From the NCBI GenBank assembly GCA_910592345.1, contig CAJVPI010000033.1, positions 54,712 through 74,711 on the forward strand: a stretch of 20,000 nt of DNA. The letters are read 5' to 3'. The notes beneath the pieces are model-generated. The model saw only the letters and a list, made by a program, of their open reading frames with translations. It had not been told where the DNA came from and ran no database searches. Shown piece by piece: positions 1 through 11,856 of this stretch. Positions within the stretch are counted from its first letter, which is position 1. Each line of letters begins with the position of its first letter. Position numbers and translations under genes: made by a program. The DNA is from Paraglomus brasilianum. Its lineage: Eukaryota.

Positions 1-29
1 CGGAATACTTGCTTAGCTTGGTCAAAATC

Positions 30-60
<31 letters not shown>

Positions 61-285
61 ATTGCACCAATGGTAAAACATCCATTTAAACTCCATTTGT
101 GGGGAGCAATTTGTGCACGTGGGAAGGTTGGATTGTACACATTTGTGGAGAATATGGACTGACATTTATATAAACAAATTTTTAATGAGAAAATTTGTAT
201 GATAATGCAACTAATATGTATGGGAATCAACGCTGGATTTTCCAGCAGGACAATACTTCAAAAGATGTTCGTGCAGATCTTGAAA
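1..285 (+). mobile_element. Tc1/mariner (DDE_3-type) transposase fragment, degenerate, truncated by the window edge
   Basis: Frame 1 from base 1 reads RNTCLAWSKS(K)9PIAPMVKHPFKLHLWGAICARGKVGLYTFVENMD*HLYKQIFNE. After a frameshift it continues NLYDNATNMYGNQRWIFQQDN. KHP..L..WGAI and W.FQQDN are typical Tc1 catalytic-domain motifs. An in-frame stop and a frameshift are present. Confidence 0.85.
30..57 (+). repeat. Poly(A) homopolymer, 28 nt
   Basis: Directly visible. It sits inside the Tc1 fragment and keeps the frame (read as 9 Lys). Confidence 0.95.
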
Positions 286-1541
286 TTGGTATTACTACTC
301 GATCGGATATAATAGATGCTCCATGTTGTTCATAATCACAAGCAATGTTATACTGGCCCTCCAAATCACAGTATTGGGCCTTCCTTTTTCCTGTTTTCTC
401 ATATTGGCTAGTTGGCATCTCAAAAACTGTCGTATTCTCGTTTTCGTGATAATATGAACGTCTTCTACAATAGAGCGTGAAAAAGTGCTTGTTATCTAAC
501 TTCCAAATTACTCCACTGCTTACCGAATTACTTTCACAATGTGTAGAGTAGAAGGTATGCTTTCGAAATTTTCTAGCGAATTTGTATTTGTGGCTTTCTG
601 ATATGTGTATGATTTATGTGTGTAACATTCTCCAGATTGTCCAATCAGATCAAATTGGCGATATTAGACAATGTGGATTTCGCACGGGCCAGAACATATT
701 AATATGCACTTGAAATAAGAATCATCGTATTAACATTATAGATATAGTATTGCTTCTTAATCTGTTGTTCTAATAGAAAGCTTATCGCAACTGTAAGGAG
801 ATAGAGATAATATTTATAGTTAAATGCGATTGCATTCGTATATAAGATTATTTATTATACCAAATGCAATTTTTTATGATACGCTTATGATTAATACAAT
901 TAGTTCAAAGAGAAAGTGCAATCGCATAACTGCTAGTCAAACTCCCGAGTTGAGATCGCCTACATAATCAAATCGCTCGCGTAATAATTTTATTATCTAC
1001 AGTAAGACAGATTTAAGATAAGAATAATTGTCAAAAAGTGTTTCTGAGTAAGCTTTATCAAATTTACTATAAACTGAAAATAGTTCATTATACTGTATGT
1101 AGGTCCGATTTACTTAACACGTCTCTTTGTCAAGGTCTCATAATAAGGGTTTATTGAAACTATAATTATTACTTTTAAAGCAAGTTGCCTCGATCTTACT
1201 ATTCGGTTTAAAGGGGTCCACTTCTTTTGCCAATTTATTACTATCAATATTAGTATTAGCTGATACGTTACATCAACAACTTGGGATTGCATCCAGCCCA
1301 TATGACTGCTAAGTTAGTTGTACGAGCGGATCAAGTCCACGTTTACAACAAACTCCTGTCAAAAGCCATTTATTAAATAATAAATCTACATTGATATATA
1401 AAAATTACAAAAAAATAATTACAAGATTCTTATTACAAAAAAGTTCACATTACCATTATAAAGCGACCTGAAAGGTCGACAAAAAGCTTTCTATGTATAC
1501 AATTATACTGTTAATCTAATGCAAATCCACTTGATCATATT

Positions 1542-4500
1542 TCACAAAGCCACAGGTAACATGTGTTTGTCGCGGTTGTCATTCCGACTATCCTCTCCCT
1601 CTAAATTTGAATTGTCGTAAAAGTTCGCATCAAGACTGTCAATAACCGGACTCGCAAGGCCAGCTGATAAGTTTGTCCCGCTTTGCGTAGTAATTTCTTT
1701 TAGAATCCCGCCACCAAGTCCTTGCTGATCTACCAACTGTCGGAAGGGACTAGATATGCGGTATAATCGTGTCGGAGACAGATCAGATAGCGATGTCGTT
1801 ACCAACGGATCGGTTAGTCCTTCATAGGTAAACTGATTGCTTACAACATTATACAACGTCATATCTTGCGAAAAATAATCATCCTGGTTGTTATACACGT
1901 TGTCATCCACCGGATCTCTTCTGTTGAGTCGCATGAGCGATCGAGGACTTATTATTCCAGGGCTTCGCATAAAGTTCATCCACGGCTCTGAAAATTCAGT
2001 TGAGGCCATATACCGCGGAGATAGGAAATCGGGTACCACAAACGAAGACAGACCAGCTAGATTCGAATCAGGAATAACGTCCTGAAACGAGGTATCCGGT
2101 TTGGAGCTCGGTTTCGAAGGTACGTGGGCACGATTCCAGTATTCCATTAAACCAGAATCGGTACTCTCGGGGCACATGATATCTTCGGTGCGACATTTAC
2201 GCATTTGTTTAAGCATATGTATGAGCTTTCCAGCTATGTTCCAATACGGTCGCACCATTTCAAGATATCGTTCAGTTATGTTCAGACCTTGATGAGCAAT
2301 TTCCACTACGGTCTTGTCATTACTAAATGTGTCATTAATATGCATAGTAGCAGTGGCGAAGATTGGATATAACGTAAACGGGCAGAGATTCGTACATTTC
2401 GCTTCGATAAGGGCTTCTGCAATTTTAGTCGTCCGTCTTGCAGAATCTGAGCACTTCTCAGCTGAAGTCTGAAAGAAAGCCAACTGAGACGCCGGAGCTG
2501 CTCCTGTTTGAAGAGTTGCTACATTCGGTCTATTTAATACCACTATAGAAACGTGATATAGCGTCTGTATGGCAGCATATGCCCCAATTGTACCGTTTTC
2601 AACATGATATTTGAGCGTATCCGACGACCATTTCAATTCTGGACTGAGACTTGTGTACCAAGACTCCAACTGATTTTCCAATTGAGCAAATTCTGAATTT
2701 GAATCCCACACGGGCAACGCATCGGCCGATCGCATTCTGTTAATGTACTGCCCTACTCTGCCAAGCAATATGCTGACGCTGCTTAGTGAAGCGAATATAC
2801 CATCGGTGGAGAGAATAAATCGTTTTCCACATTTTACTGGTGATTCTGCTGGGCGGTCATCCATCATGTCACTTATGGCTGGATGCTCCTTACGCCATTC
2901 TTTGTCATCACATGGTTGTCTTATCTCGACATCGCCTTCATCGATTATTGTTGGGCGGCCGAGTGCACACGCAGCAAATCTATAGATAGAAGAGAGTGAT
3001 TAGAAGAATGCACATTTGCTAAAGACAACTGATAAGTTGTATACGCAAGGCGTTACCTGTCAATAACGAAAGAAACCCAGAAGACCCTTCGGCGGATTTC
3101 GCGGTATATAAACGCTTGATGAGAATTTCCTTTCTTAGCATAAATGCACGATACGGGAGCGAACTCTTTATGCATTCCTAATGCCTGGGCCATTCTGTGT
3201 AAATTGCGTATTATCAATTAATTTCGTGAGAAAAGTGCGAGCTCCATTTATCCTCACCACGCCAATACTAACCTTACGGCCATTGCGGTGTACATCCATG
3301 AACGTGGTCCTCTCGCCGATCCGAAACTATGCATGCAGAGTAGAAGGATAGCTTTATAATATAGAAAACAATTTAGTACGGCGATTAATCCGTATACAAT
3401 AATAGACCTTGCAAATATACCTTGAACACTTTCGACATTGGGATCATCAAATGACTCGGGCATGTATGAAATCGCTCTTTCAGCAAAAACTTCACCAGCA
3501 GAATGAGGCGGATCTTTCGCAATACCTGGTAAATCAGAATGACTATAAAAGAAAATTGTGTAAGAATTTGGTTGACCATACTCCAGTCGAACATATTGTT
3601 GATGTATTCTACAATTGCTCTATTCTACTTTCAACTTCTTAATTCAGTAAGAACACCATTCCCGTAAATAACGCACCGAGCAGCTAATGCACACAAAGCC
3701 CAAACCAGGAAGGGCGAAGCTTTCCTTGTCCTTAGTCTGTGCTTCAACGTAGGCTCATGAAACATCGGTGTGTGGTTGATCATGTGGTTAAAAAAGCACA
3801 AGAATAAATGATCTGTAATTTCGCTTGGCGGATAACCGTCTCCACGAGGAAATGCAAGTAGTGCTTGATTAAACATTGACGCGTTATATATCCCTGATTG
3901 AGCCGCGTTGGGAAGCGACGTTTCATTCACAGATAAATTCTGAGTCGCTTCATCGTCGGGGGGGATACATTCGCCCAAGCGTCTAAAACCGGGGTGAGCC
4001 GCTGTTTTGCCAAAAAACAAAAGGTCACCTTTATGATTTGCTTGACATGTGTTGTCATCTGATTCGTCGACAATTTTTGAATGGTCGGCGGAAACATCGT
4101 CACATGGTGATAATTGTCCATTATGAACGTTCAATTGCGGTTGTTCCCAGATATTTGTTTGTTGGATCGGATTTTGATACGTGTCATAATTTTCCAAGTT
4201 TGATAATTTTTTTAAGCTCGGTGGAGAGGCGGGGGGTATGTATGCTCTTTCAGGTGAAGAAGCCATACCGGTATCAGGATTGGCACTAAATATGTCGAAA
4301 GTAGCACCATTGCTCAGGCGCTGCTTCTTGGGCATTGATCCTAAAGAATTATCATCAATCACGCCTTGTTCTCTGAGCGGCTGTAGTAGTTTTTCCATTT
4401 GTTGGAGACGCTTTTCTAGACTCTCAACTAGGCCTACGCGTGGACCTCTCTTCTTTGTGCTTGGTAAATAGGTACAGGCTGTGCTTGTTCTTTTACAGTT

Positions 4501-4677
4501 GGCACAGGCGGGCTTTTCGCCACTGCATTTTACTTTTTTCTTTCGACAAGCATCGCATGCCTGAGTAAGTCGTTTTCTCTTGAGCGATTGTGACTGTGGC
4601 TGTGGTTGAGGTTGCGGTTGTCGGTGCTGTTCATGGTTAGTTGTCAATGAAGGGTCTGTTGAAGTGGAATATTCCAT
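1542..4677 (-). CDS. Zn(II)2Cys6 (GAL4-type) transcription factor with fungal-specific TF middle domain; exons 4677-3677, 3542-3421, 3351-3273, 3194-3057, 2979-1542 (925 aa)
   Basis: N-terminal KRKRLTQACDACRKKKVKCSGEKPACANCKRTSTACTY binuclear cluster followed by coiled coil LESLEKRLQQMEKLL. Spliced exons give SWMYTAMAVRMAQALGMH, EIRRRVFWVSFVIDRF and ALGRP (Fungal_trans motifs). All four introns are GT-AG and the joined length is 2778 nt, an open frame. Confidence 0.93.
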
Positions 4678-4944
4678 GAGTCTAGAGAAAGGATTATAAA
4701 GTGTAGGATTTGGAGCGGGGGTAAAATAGCGAATTTATTATTTATTTATTTATGTATTACCTGGAAATTTTTGTCTGGCAAAAACTTTTTCCATTTAGGA
4801 ATAAAAGGTCAACTTATCTTGTACTAAAATGGGAGGACGAGGATTGCTAAATAGAGAACCGTGTGATATCTTAACTTTGATGATCTTCAAGATTTATATC
4901 ATCTTCTGATCATATGACGTATCAATAATGGCCAGGCACGCATT

Positions 4945-5073
4945 CGGTTCCTTATTTGGCCGACATTCCGGAAATTAATAAGCAATTACGGATATCGCGG
5001 AACGGGATAATCATGGTGCCGAAAAGCCGAATAAGAAACGGCTTACAAATGCAATGCTACGCCACAACTGCGG
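4945..5073. promoter_or_regulatory. Cluster of CGG/CCG triplets upstream of the Zn2Cys6 gene (candidate zinc-cluster binding sites)
   Basis: Eleven CGG/CCG triplets in about 130 bp (4945, 4960, 4968/4969, 4989, 4998, 5003, 5019, 5027, 5039, 5071), 270-400 bp upstream of the ATG, in otherwise AT-rich intergenic DNA. Confidence 0.4.
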
Positions 5074-6855
5074 CATCAGTCACGATTATTTGATTAACTA
5101 AATTAAGTAAGTTTCTGTTTCGCAGATAAGATGTAATAATAACAAATAATATTCCACAAGGCCCATGCTGAAATTTGATACAAAAAATCCATTGTTTTGG
5201 AACTTACTTCACGAATCAGATGGAGACTGCTTAAGTCGCATTGTTATCAGATTCTGTGCGCATAGAGATGCATTTCACGTGAGTTCCGCAGAAATAATAC
5301 CGAAATGAATGGTAAGAACCAAGTCCTAATTCCACATGTCTAACCGTAGGAAGAATGGGGACTAATTGATTACGATCATGAAGACTTGTTTCAATACTAC
5401 GGTCCATGTTCATCGAAATCTCCGTCATAATTGCTCTCCAAATTGAAAAGCAAAAGGTTCAAGCTTGCATTCTTGTTGTTTATAACCAATAGCAACATTT
5501 AATCTATAAAATTTATGTGCACCCTTCATATGGCGTACGATTAATTGAGCCCTGCATAATCAGTGTAAAGTAAAAGTTGTCGTGACTTTCGGATGCAAAG
5601 TATAAAAGAGGTTTTCATAACTGATCGGCAGATATCACGCCATTTGTCAATCTCATACATTAGCAATTGGGATATTTTGGATAAACGTTTAGAAGCAATA
5701 TTCACGTATAAACAATCATAAACCGTGTGTCACCGAGTTTATAAATTTAAAACTGAATGCTTAATTAATATTCCGGTTGATGATAAACAACTGATTTTAT
5801 TTATGGACAAACCAAATAACAGCAGGACTAATATTAGCACTTGCCAAGTATGGGAAAACTCTAACCGTTGTGTATATACAGTATATTTCGTATACAGCAG
5901 TAATCAAGTCTTGATTTGAGGCGAGATATTGTGTCATTAGAGATACGAGCATGGAAGAAGAAAAAGTTGGCATACATATTGCATATGCGCGATTAGGCTA
6001 GTATAAGTAGTCCCTAAGACATTGGTTATCGAAAACTTTTTTCCAGTACTAATATTAATGCCGAACTATGATGTAAGAGAGTGTAAAAACACTCAATTTT
6101 GTCTGTAGAAAATATTAAAAAAGAGAGAGAGAAATCCATTGTCTTGTAAAATAACATTACTTTATTAACAGCGATGGTTTACGTCTAATGTAAATCCTAA
6201 TGTTCACGCGATATTATTCTTCTGGTGGTAAATACAGTATATTGATATGCCATTATACTGTACATACTGTATGTCCCATAACCGATATAATTTTAGAATA
6301 CAATACCAATACACGTGTTTTTACGATTAACACAGAATTTGTTCTTCACTTTTCTCATTAATTTTATCTCCAGTTTTTGATATACGTTTCCCCACCCCCC
6401 CGTTCCCTTCAGAGTGCTTTAATCTTTAATGCTTAATCTCATCTGAATTCTTGTTTAAGAAACTACTTTTTCAGAGATAGCCCTGCTGCTAACAACTTAA
6501 TTAAGAAAATGGGCAATTTAATTCCTCGATGTGTTAAGTGCTTTTTGCTACGCTCATGATTATTCCACACGTCTTTTCATCATCTAACGACGAGCAAAAT
6601 TTTCACACGCCTTTGATAATTATCGCATCGTTGCTTAACACAGTAAGATCAATGATTACAGGTTGTTCCTCTCAACAAAGTAGGATGTTTATAATTGCCT
6701 GCTTGCAGCCTTCCAATCAGTAGAGTCACATATCCAAAGTAAAGCCATAATTTGATTAAACAGATACATTACTTGCGCTAGACTCGACAGTAATTTCGCA
6801 GCGCTTTGTAAATGGCAGATGAGTATCCTCGCTCAGATATCAAGTGTCGACTCGA

Positions 6856-7949
6856 CAGTATGGGACAAAAATCTTGCTCTCGATAGTCATGGTTTAATCA
6901 TGTGATGCTCGACGTATTTGAAGTAAATAATGGTTACTATATATTTAACGCGTATCGCGTCTTGTAAGTTTTTGTTTCCTCATTGCACTTTGAAACCGTT
7001 ACATTGTCAATTATTTTTCAAACAACAATTCAAATGCTCGCACAAGATAAAAAATCAACACCTGGAATCAAGGGATGCGATCTCCTCTAGAAATTCATAA
7101 AAACTAACATCCCAATTAGGACAATTAAATATAAAATAAAAGACACTGGCAGTGTTGCACGTAAACAAGGAAGCGGTCGTCCTAAAAAAATCACTGCCCA
7201 GTGCATCCAAGGCATCGAGGCGAAATCCAACTACCTCATCTCGAAAGATGGTGGCTAATTGGCTGAAAAAGGTCTTGAACTATCTTCTCAAGACATTTGG
7301 GAGGCCTGGGCTATAAGAATAATGTGCCTGTGGCTACCCCCAATGCTTACCGATAATCATAAACGAATACGAATTGAATGGGCTTATGCTCACCTTAATG
7401 ATAACTGGCAGAAAACCCTTTTTACCATAACGCAATGGTATAAAGGCTCCGTCCTATCCCAAAAAATCGTGTCAAAATTTTTGCTTGGGGTGGATTTTGC
7501 GCGAAGGGCACAAGCCTTAATTGCTTTCAAGACATAATGACAGTGTCAATCTACGTTGAAATTCTTCAGAGGCACTTACCTGAAATACGACAAATGCTCG
7601 GATGAGTCTGGCGCTTTCAACAAGACAACAATCCGAAGCATACGAGCTCTGTCGCTAAACAATTTCTTCAGGTCAATATGCCCATAGTTAGTTATTACTG
7701 GCCGTCGAATAGCCTGATCTCAATCCAATAGAAAATCTATGGAGCATAGTTAAAACTAATGTAGAAAGGCGAAGACCAACAAATCTTGATGAATTAAGGC
7801 GGTTTATGGTAGAAGAATGGGATAGTATTCCGGATTCCATTGTGAGGCGATTATAAAATCTGTGCGTTTTACAGTTTTAAATGAGGTATTTTGAGTCCCA
7901 ATTCACTGCTCATTATAAAGTTATTGGCAAGATTTTTTGTCCCATACTG
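6856..7949 (+). mobile_element. Tc1/mariner DNA transposon fossil with terminal inverted repeats (about 1.1 kb); transposase pseudogene ~7034-7845
   Basis: Left TIR CAGTATGGGACAAAAATCTTGC (6856-6877) matches the reverse complement of 7927-7949 with one indel, and TA follows the right TIR. Frameshifted translation gives GSGRPKKIT, PMLTDNHKRIRIEWA, NWQKTLF, KIFAWGGF, WRFQQDNNPKHTS and WPSNS.DLNPIENLWSIVK. The D (7624) to E (7731) spacing is compatible with DD34E. Confidence 0.93.
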
Positions 7950-8137
7950 TATATACAGTACCTTCATATTAATGGTTTGAGAAAGTTTTACTTTATTGTT
8001 TATAAATGCATTGTTTGAATACAGCGAAAAAACTTTGTGCAATACACAACATTTCTGTATCATCGTCTTTACCGCTGCCCTTGTTCCATCTCCTCCATTT
8101 CCTTTTTTTCTTGTGTCCTATTTCTCATCTATCCTGT

Positions 8138-9464
8138 TTATGTCTCTATATCGCTCTCAGTGTCTCTCTCGATCACCTTTTGTTCTTTTACATTGTTACT
8201 GTCTCGTTTCTCCCATTCATTATCACTTATACTCCTATCCCTGTCTCGACCTTTGTCTCTTTCTCTTTCTTTCTCCCATTCTCTTTCGCTGTCTCTGTCC
8301 CTGTCCCTGTCCCTGTCTCTGTCTCTGTCTCTGTCTCTGTCTCTGTCTCTGTCTCTGTCTCTGTCTCTGTCTCTGCCCCTGTCTCTATCTCTATCTCTAT
8401 CTCTATCTCTGTCTCTATCTCTGTCTCTGTCCCTGTCTCTGTCCCCATCTCTGTCCCTGTCTCTGTCTCTGTCCCTGTCCCTGTCCCTGTCTCTTTCTCT
8501 TTCTCTTTCTCTTTCTCTCTCCCATTCTCTTTCGCTGTCCCTGTCTCTGTCCCTGTCTCTGTATCTGTATCTGTCTCTGTCTCTGTCCCTGTCCCTATAT
8601 CTGTCCCCATCTCTTTCAAAGTCCCTATCTCCCTCTCTTTCTTTATACCTCTTCCTCTCCCTTTCTCTTTCCTCTTCTCTGTCTCTATCCCCGGATCTGT
8701 CTCTTTTTCTATCCCTATCATGATTCCTGTCTCGCTCTCGATCCCTGTCTCTTACATCGCGAGTATCTATTAAAAATTTACGTCGATCTTCGCGTTCTTT
8801 TTCTCGAAGTGCAATGCGCTCCTTCCGCTTTCGTTCCTGATATTCTTTATCGAATGCAGAACCTTCTACATAATTGTCGGTATCGATATCAAAAGCGCGG
8901 GCAAATTTAGCGTTTTCGCGCGCCTTAGCCTCCGAGATTTGGTGTGTTTGATGTTCTTGTAAACTAGTATAGCGAAATTGTAATTAGTAACGATTTGTCC
9001 ATGTAAGAGGTTCCGATCTACAAATGAGATCGCATAAATATTATGTCATTCGATTCGATTTACTTACTTTTTCTCCAAGGGCATTTCATTTATCTTTTCG
9101 AGTAAGGTTTGACGAAACTGCGCAATTTTCTCTTGCGCTTCTTCTTCCGGAACACTAATCAATAGAATAATAAGATCAGCAACATTGCCGACTTTTATTC
9201 AGCCCACATTCTACAAGCCAGCTTTGGCAATACTTACTTCTTCTCCGCTAATTCTTGCTTGTACTTCAAAAGCTGAATCTCAGTCTTCCTTTGTAGTTCG
9301 TGCAATAAGATCTCCTTATTCGGAGTCCTATTAGCAAATGATGGAACAGGTGCTTTGCTGTCCTCAGAGCTTTGCTGTCTCGGACGTATGTAAGAAAGAT
9401 TTCGGACGACATAACCGTTGGTACCCGAACCACGGGGAGTAGTAAGACCAACGTTGCCATACAT
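8138..9464 (-). CDS. CWC21: Pre-mRNA splicing factor CWC21/Cwf21 (SRRM2 N-terminal homolog) with RD/RE-rich C-terminal tail; exons 9464-9238, 9154-9068, 8963-8138 (379 aa)
   Basis: Starts [24 protein letters not shown], the hallmark Cwc21/SRRM2 N-terminus. The cwf21 domain follows ([22 protein letters not shown]...[14 protein letters not shown]), then [20 protein letters not shown] and YVEGSAFD. Two GTAAGT...TAG introns give a joined frame of 1140 nt, with the stop TAA at 8140-8138. Confidence 0.92.
8236..8750. repeat. Coding hexamer repeat (GTCTCT/GTCCCT/ATCTCT)n encoding Arg-Asp dipeptides on the minus strand
   Basis: Directly visible. The minus-strand frame continuous with CWC21 exon 3 reads RDRDRD. 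The 21-mer CTCCCATTCTCTTTCGCTGTC occurs twice (8273 and 8519). Confidence 0.95.
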
Positions 9465-10361
9465 TATGATGGTTGTCTGAATCGAAAAGGCTGAACTTTC
9501 ATATATTGCACAAGTCAGGTTATTATTAATTATTAGATCATCTGACGTGAATATTCCTGATTGTACAACCAAATTGCCAAATGATTGGGTACGTACCTGT
9601 TTAGAGAGTTAACATCCTTACCCCCGAGATTGGCGCATCATCTTGTGTTGTGAGCCCAAAACACTCTCAATAAGTCAATTAATGTTCGAAAAGTCGGCAT
9701 TTGGGAATAGGAATGTTTTCACAATGAACCAATTGAAGACAGGCATTGGAATTGCTTTGGGATATAAAAATCAATCGGATACCAAAGTTGGATTTTTCAG
9801 ACACTTCACAATCAGAGCCAACCAATTTGTCAACGAGACTTAACGTCTTTGGCGAGGAGCCAGAACTAGTACCATCAGTTTATCAAAGATTACTCGGTCT
9901 AGAACGTTACTACGAAAGCCCGATACATTCCCTTGCGTCGGTCACAATGGTAACCTAAAAAAAAGTAACACACAAAGAAGGCGTACCCAGATGTTCTGAA
10001 TTCTTTTTATGACCATTGAATACGCCATTGAATACTTTTATGACAATTTGTCATACCATTACATTGATAAAGGTCGCCCGTCTTTGTTGAATCGTCCAAT
10101 AAGTACTATGAGTTTAGGGATCCGGGCCCAGAAATTATGTGGTGTAAAGTTACGCCATTACCTGGAGTACCCAATACCAACGGCAATACTCGCGTGTAGC
10201 ATAACTTTAAAAACAAGATTTATTGAGGGAATAGGATTCGGAGGGGAATGTATGTGCAAACAGTCTCTTGTTTTGCTGCATCTACTTTTTTGGCCCAGAT
10301 CACGGTCTACTTTATTCGTATACAAACCATACTGAACCTGTCAAGAGCACTATAGTACAAG

Positions 10362-11856
10362 ATGGGCGATTTTACGTTACCCTTCTACTCGTTCATTCGA
10401 CTTTCCTTTCAGTTTTTTGTTTTCGGAGCTTTGGCATTGGTAAGGGAACGGGAGGGTTGTTGCTCAGGTTATTGAACGAGTAGATTGCTTGATAACAACA
10501 ACAGTACAAAACGTTGCCGTAACTCTATGATTCCTTTCTCACAGATGTTTGCCCACAACTCCATCGTGTCCGCCTTTTACTTCAAAACGCGCCAACGCAA
10601 CCTCTCAAACTTCCTTAAGATAATCTTCAATTTCTCGGGATGTCTAAGAAATTGTCTGATTTTTGCATCAACTCTGCTTGGACCAGATGTGACCACGCCT
10701 CTCTGCATAGGAGTGGTTGTTCCTACCAATGTTACCCAATTCATGTTTCTGTCATCTTTGACTCTCTTCATGATATGGAGATTACGGCAAATTGAAAGCA
10801 AAACTTATGATTCAGCTATTTGCGGCTTTCTATTCTTTGGAAGAATTGTCGTGCAAGTAAGTATCACTTCCCCGTCGCAGTAAAATTGACGCATATTCTG
10901 TTAACAGTTTTCTTGGATTTTAGCTTACTCAAGTTGTGATGTCGGTACCAGTGGCGGAAGAATCCCCTGACATACCCGGAGCATATTTTTGTAAGATGCA
11001 TATAGAGGAAAAGACGACTAGGGCATTGTTTTACACATATCATGTTCTTGATGTCTTAATCGACATTTATGTTACAATACGGCTTGTCTATATTCTTCAC
11101 AAGGCCAATACTAATGCAAAGCGTGTGGCGGCGGCCAACATGCGCCACTCACCCCCCAAACGTAGTTTATTCACAGCCATCATGTACTGGAATTTCGTGC
11201 GCTTGCTTGCTACATTCTTACACTACAGTGTAACCCTTTCTGGAGTCATTACATCCCAAGAGAATCCCTTCAAATACTGGACGTTCCAGCTGTTTGCTCT
11301 GATAATATTAAGCTATTCTATTACTGTTGATGCAGAAATTGTAAAGGTTGTTGGAGGAAGACCTGTAAGCTCGAATAAGGGAGGCATCGCAGGCGGTACA
11401 GGCAAGAAATCTTACCAAGCTAGCCTGCCGTCTCCACGGGCACCGCCATCTTATAAAAGCCAGGTGGTTGCATCGAACAATAATGACAATAGCCCGCAAT
11501 CATCATATGCGCAACAACCTGGTTCGCTACCCGTTTACGAAGAAGTGAATGGCCAAACAATGGCATTATCGGTCAAGCGAGCGTCCTTTTTTGAATTGGC
11601 TTCAACGAGTCTGGGGTTCCATAGTAACGATTTAGATGAACAGTACAAGGACCGTGATATCGAAAAGGCAGAAGTCAACGACTCTATTGAAATAGTCCAG
11701 GATGAGGAGCCTATATCAGGGGAGCGAATTGTTGAGGAATCCGACGTGGACGCAGTAGACACGGATCAAAGATGTAGCAGCACAATCAGCGGTGACACGG
11801 CCATTAACGTAACACAAGTTTCTGTTGACGATAAATCGGTTATCCTTGAGCTTTAA
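10362..11856 (+). CDS. Seven-transmembrane GPCR-like membrane protein; exons 10362-10439, 10545-10856, 10924-11856 (440 aa)
   Basis: Two phase-0 introns (GTAAGG...CAG and GTAAGT...TAG) join into MGDFTLPFYSFIRLSFQFFVFGALAL|MFAHNS...RIVVQ|LTQVVM. Seven hydrophobic segments by eye, with Cys at the start of putative TM3 (PLCIG) and in the TM4-5 loop (YFCK). A long S/T/acidic cytoplasmic tail follows. Confidence 0.75.

Noticed and set aside
30..57. Poly(A) as a retroelement or retrogene tail
   Set aside because: The Tc1 reading frame continues on both sides in phase, so it is better explained as homopolymer expansion or a sequencing artefact.
1888..4471. Short plus-strand ORFs within the transcription factor gene (and similar antisense ORFs within the other genes)
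   Set aside because: They are antisense shadows of real coding exons with no recognisable motifs.
4878..4910. TGATGA...CTGA as a box C/D snoRNA
   Set aside because: The boxes are only about 22 nt apart, too short for a snoRNA, and there is no supporting guide.
5200..6780. Short ORFs (61-65 aa) in the long intergenic region
   Set aside because: No recognisable domains or consistent splice structure, and the lengths are compatible with chance.
8236..8750. Repeat array as a CRISPR-like or telomeric array
   Set aside because: There are no unique spacers and no constant repeat unit, and it lies in frame within a coding exon.
7996..8910. Three long overlapping plus-strand ORFs (poly-CL, poly-VS, poly-LS) and a minus-strand poly-ET ORF
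   Set aside because: These are shadows of the stop-free hexamer repeat. The real frame is the minus-strand RD frame spliced to CWC21.
9465..9572. N-terminal extension of CWC21 from the track's TTG start
   Set aside because: The conserved family N-terminus begins at the ATG at 9464 (MYGNVGL).
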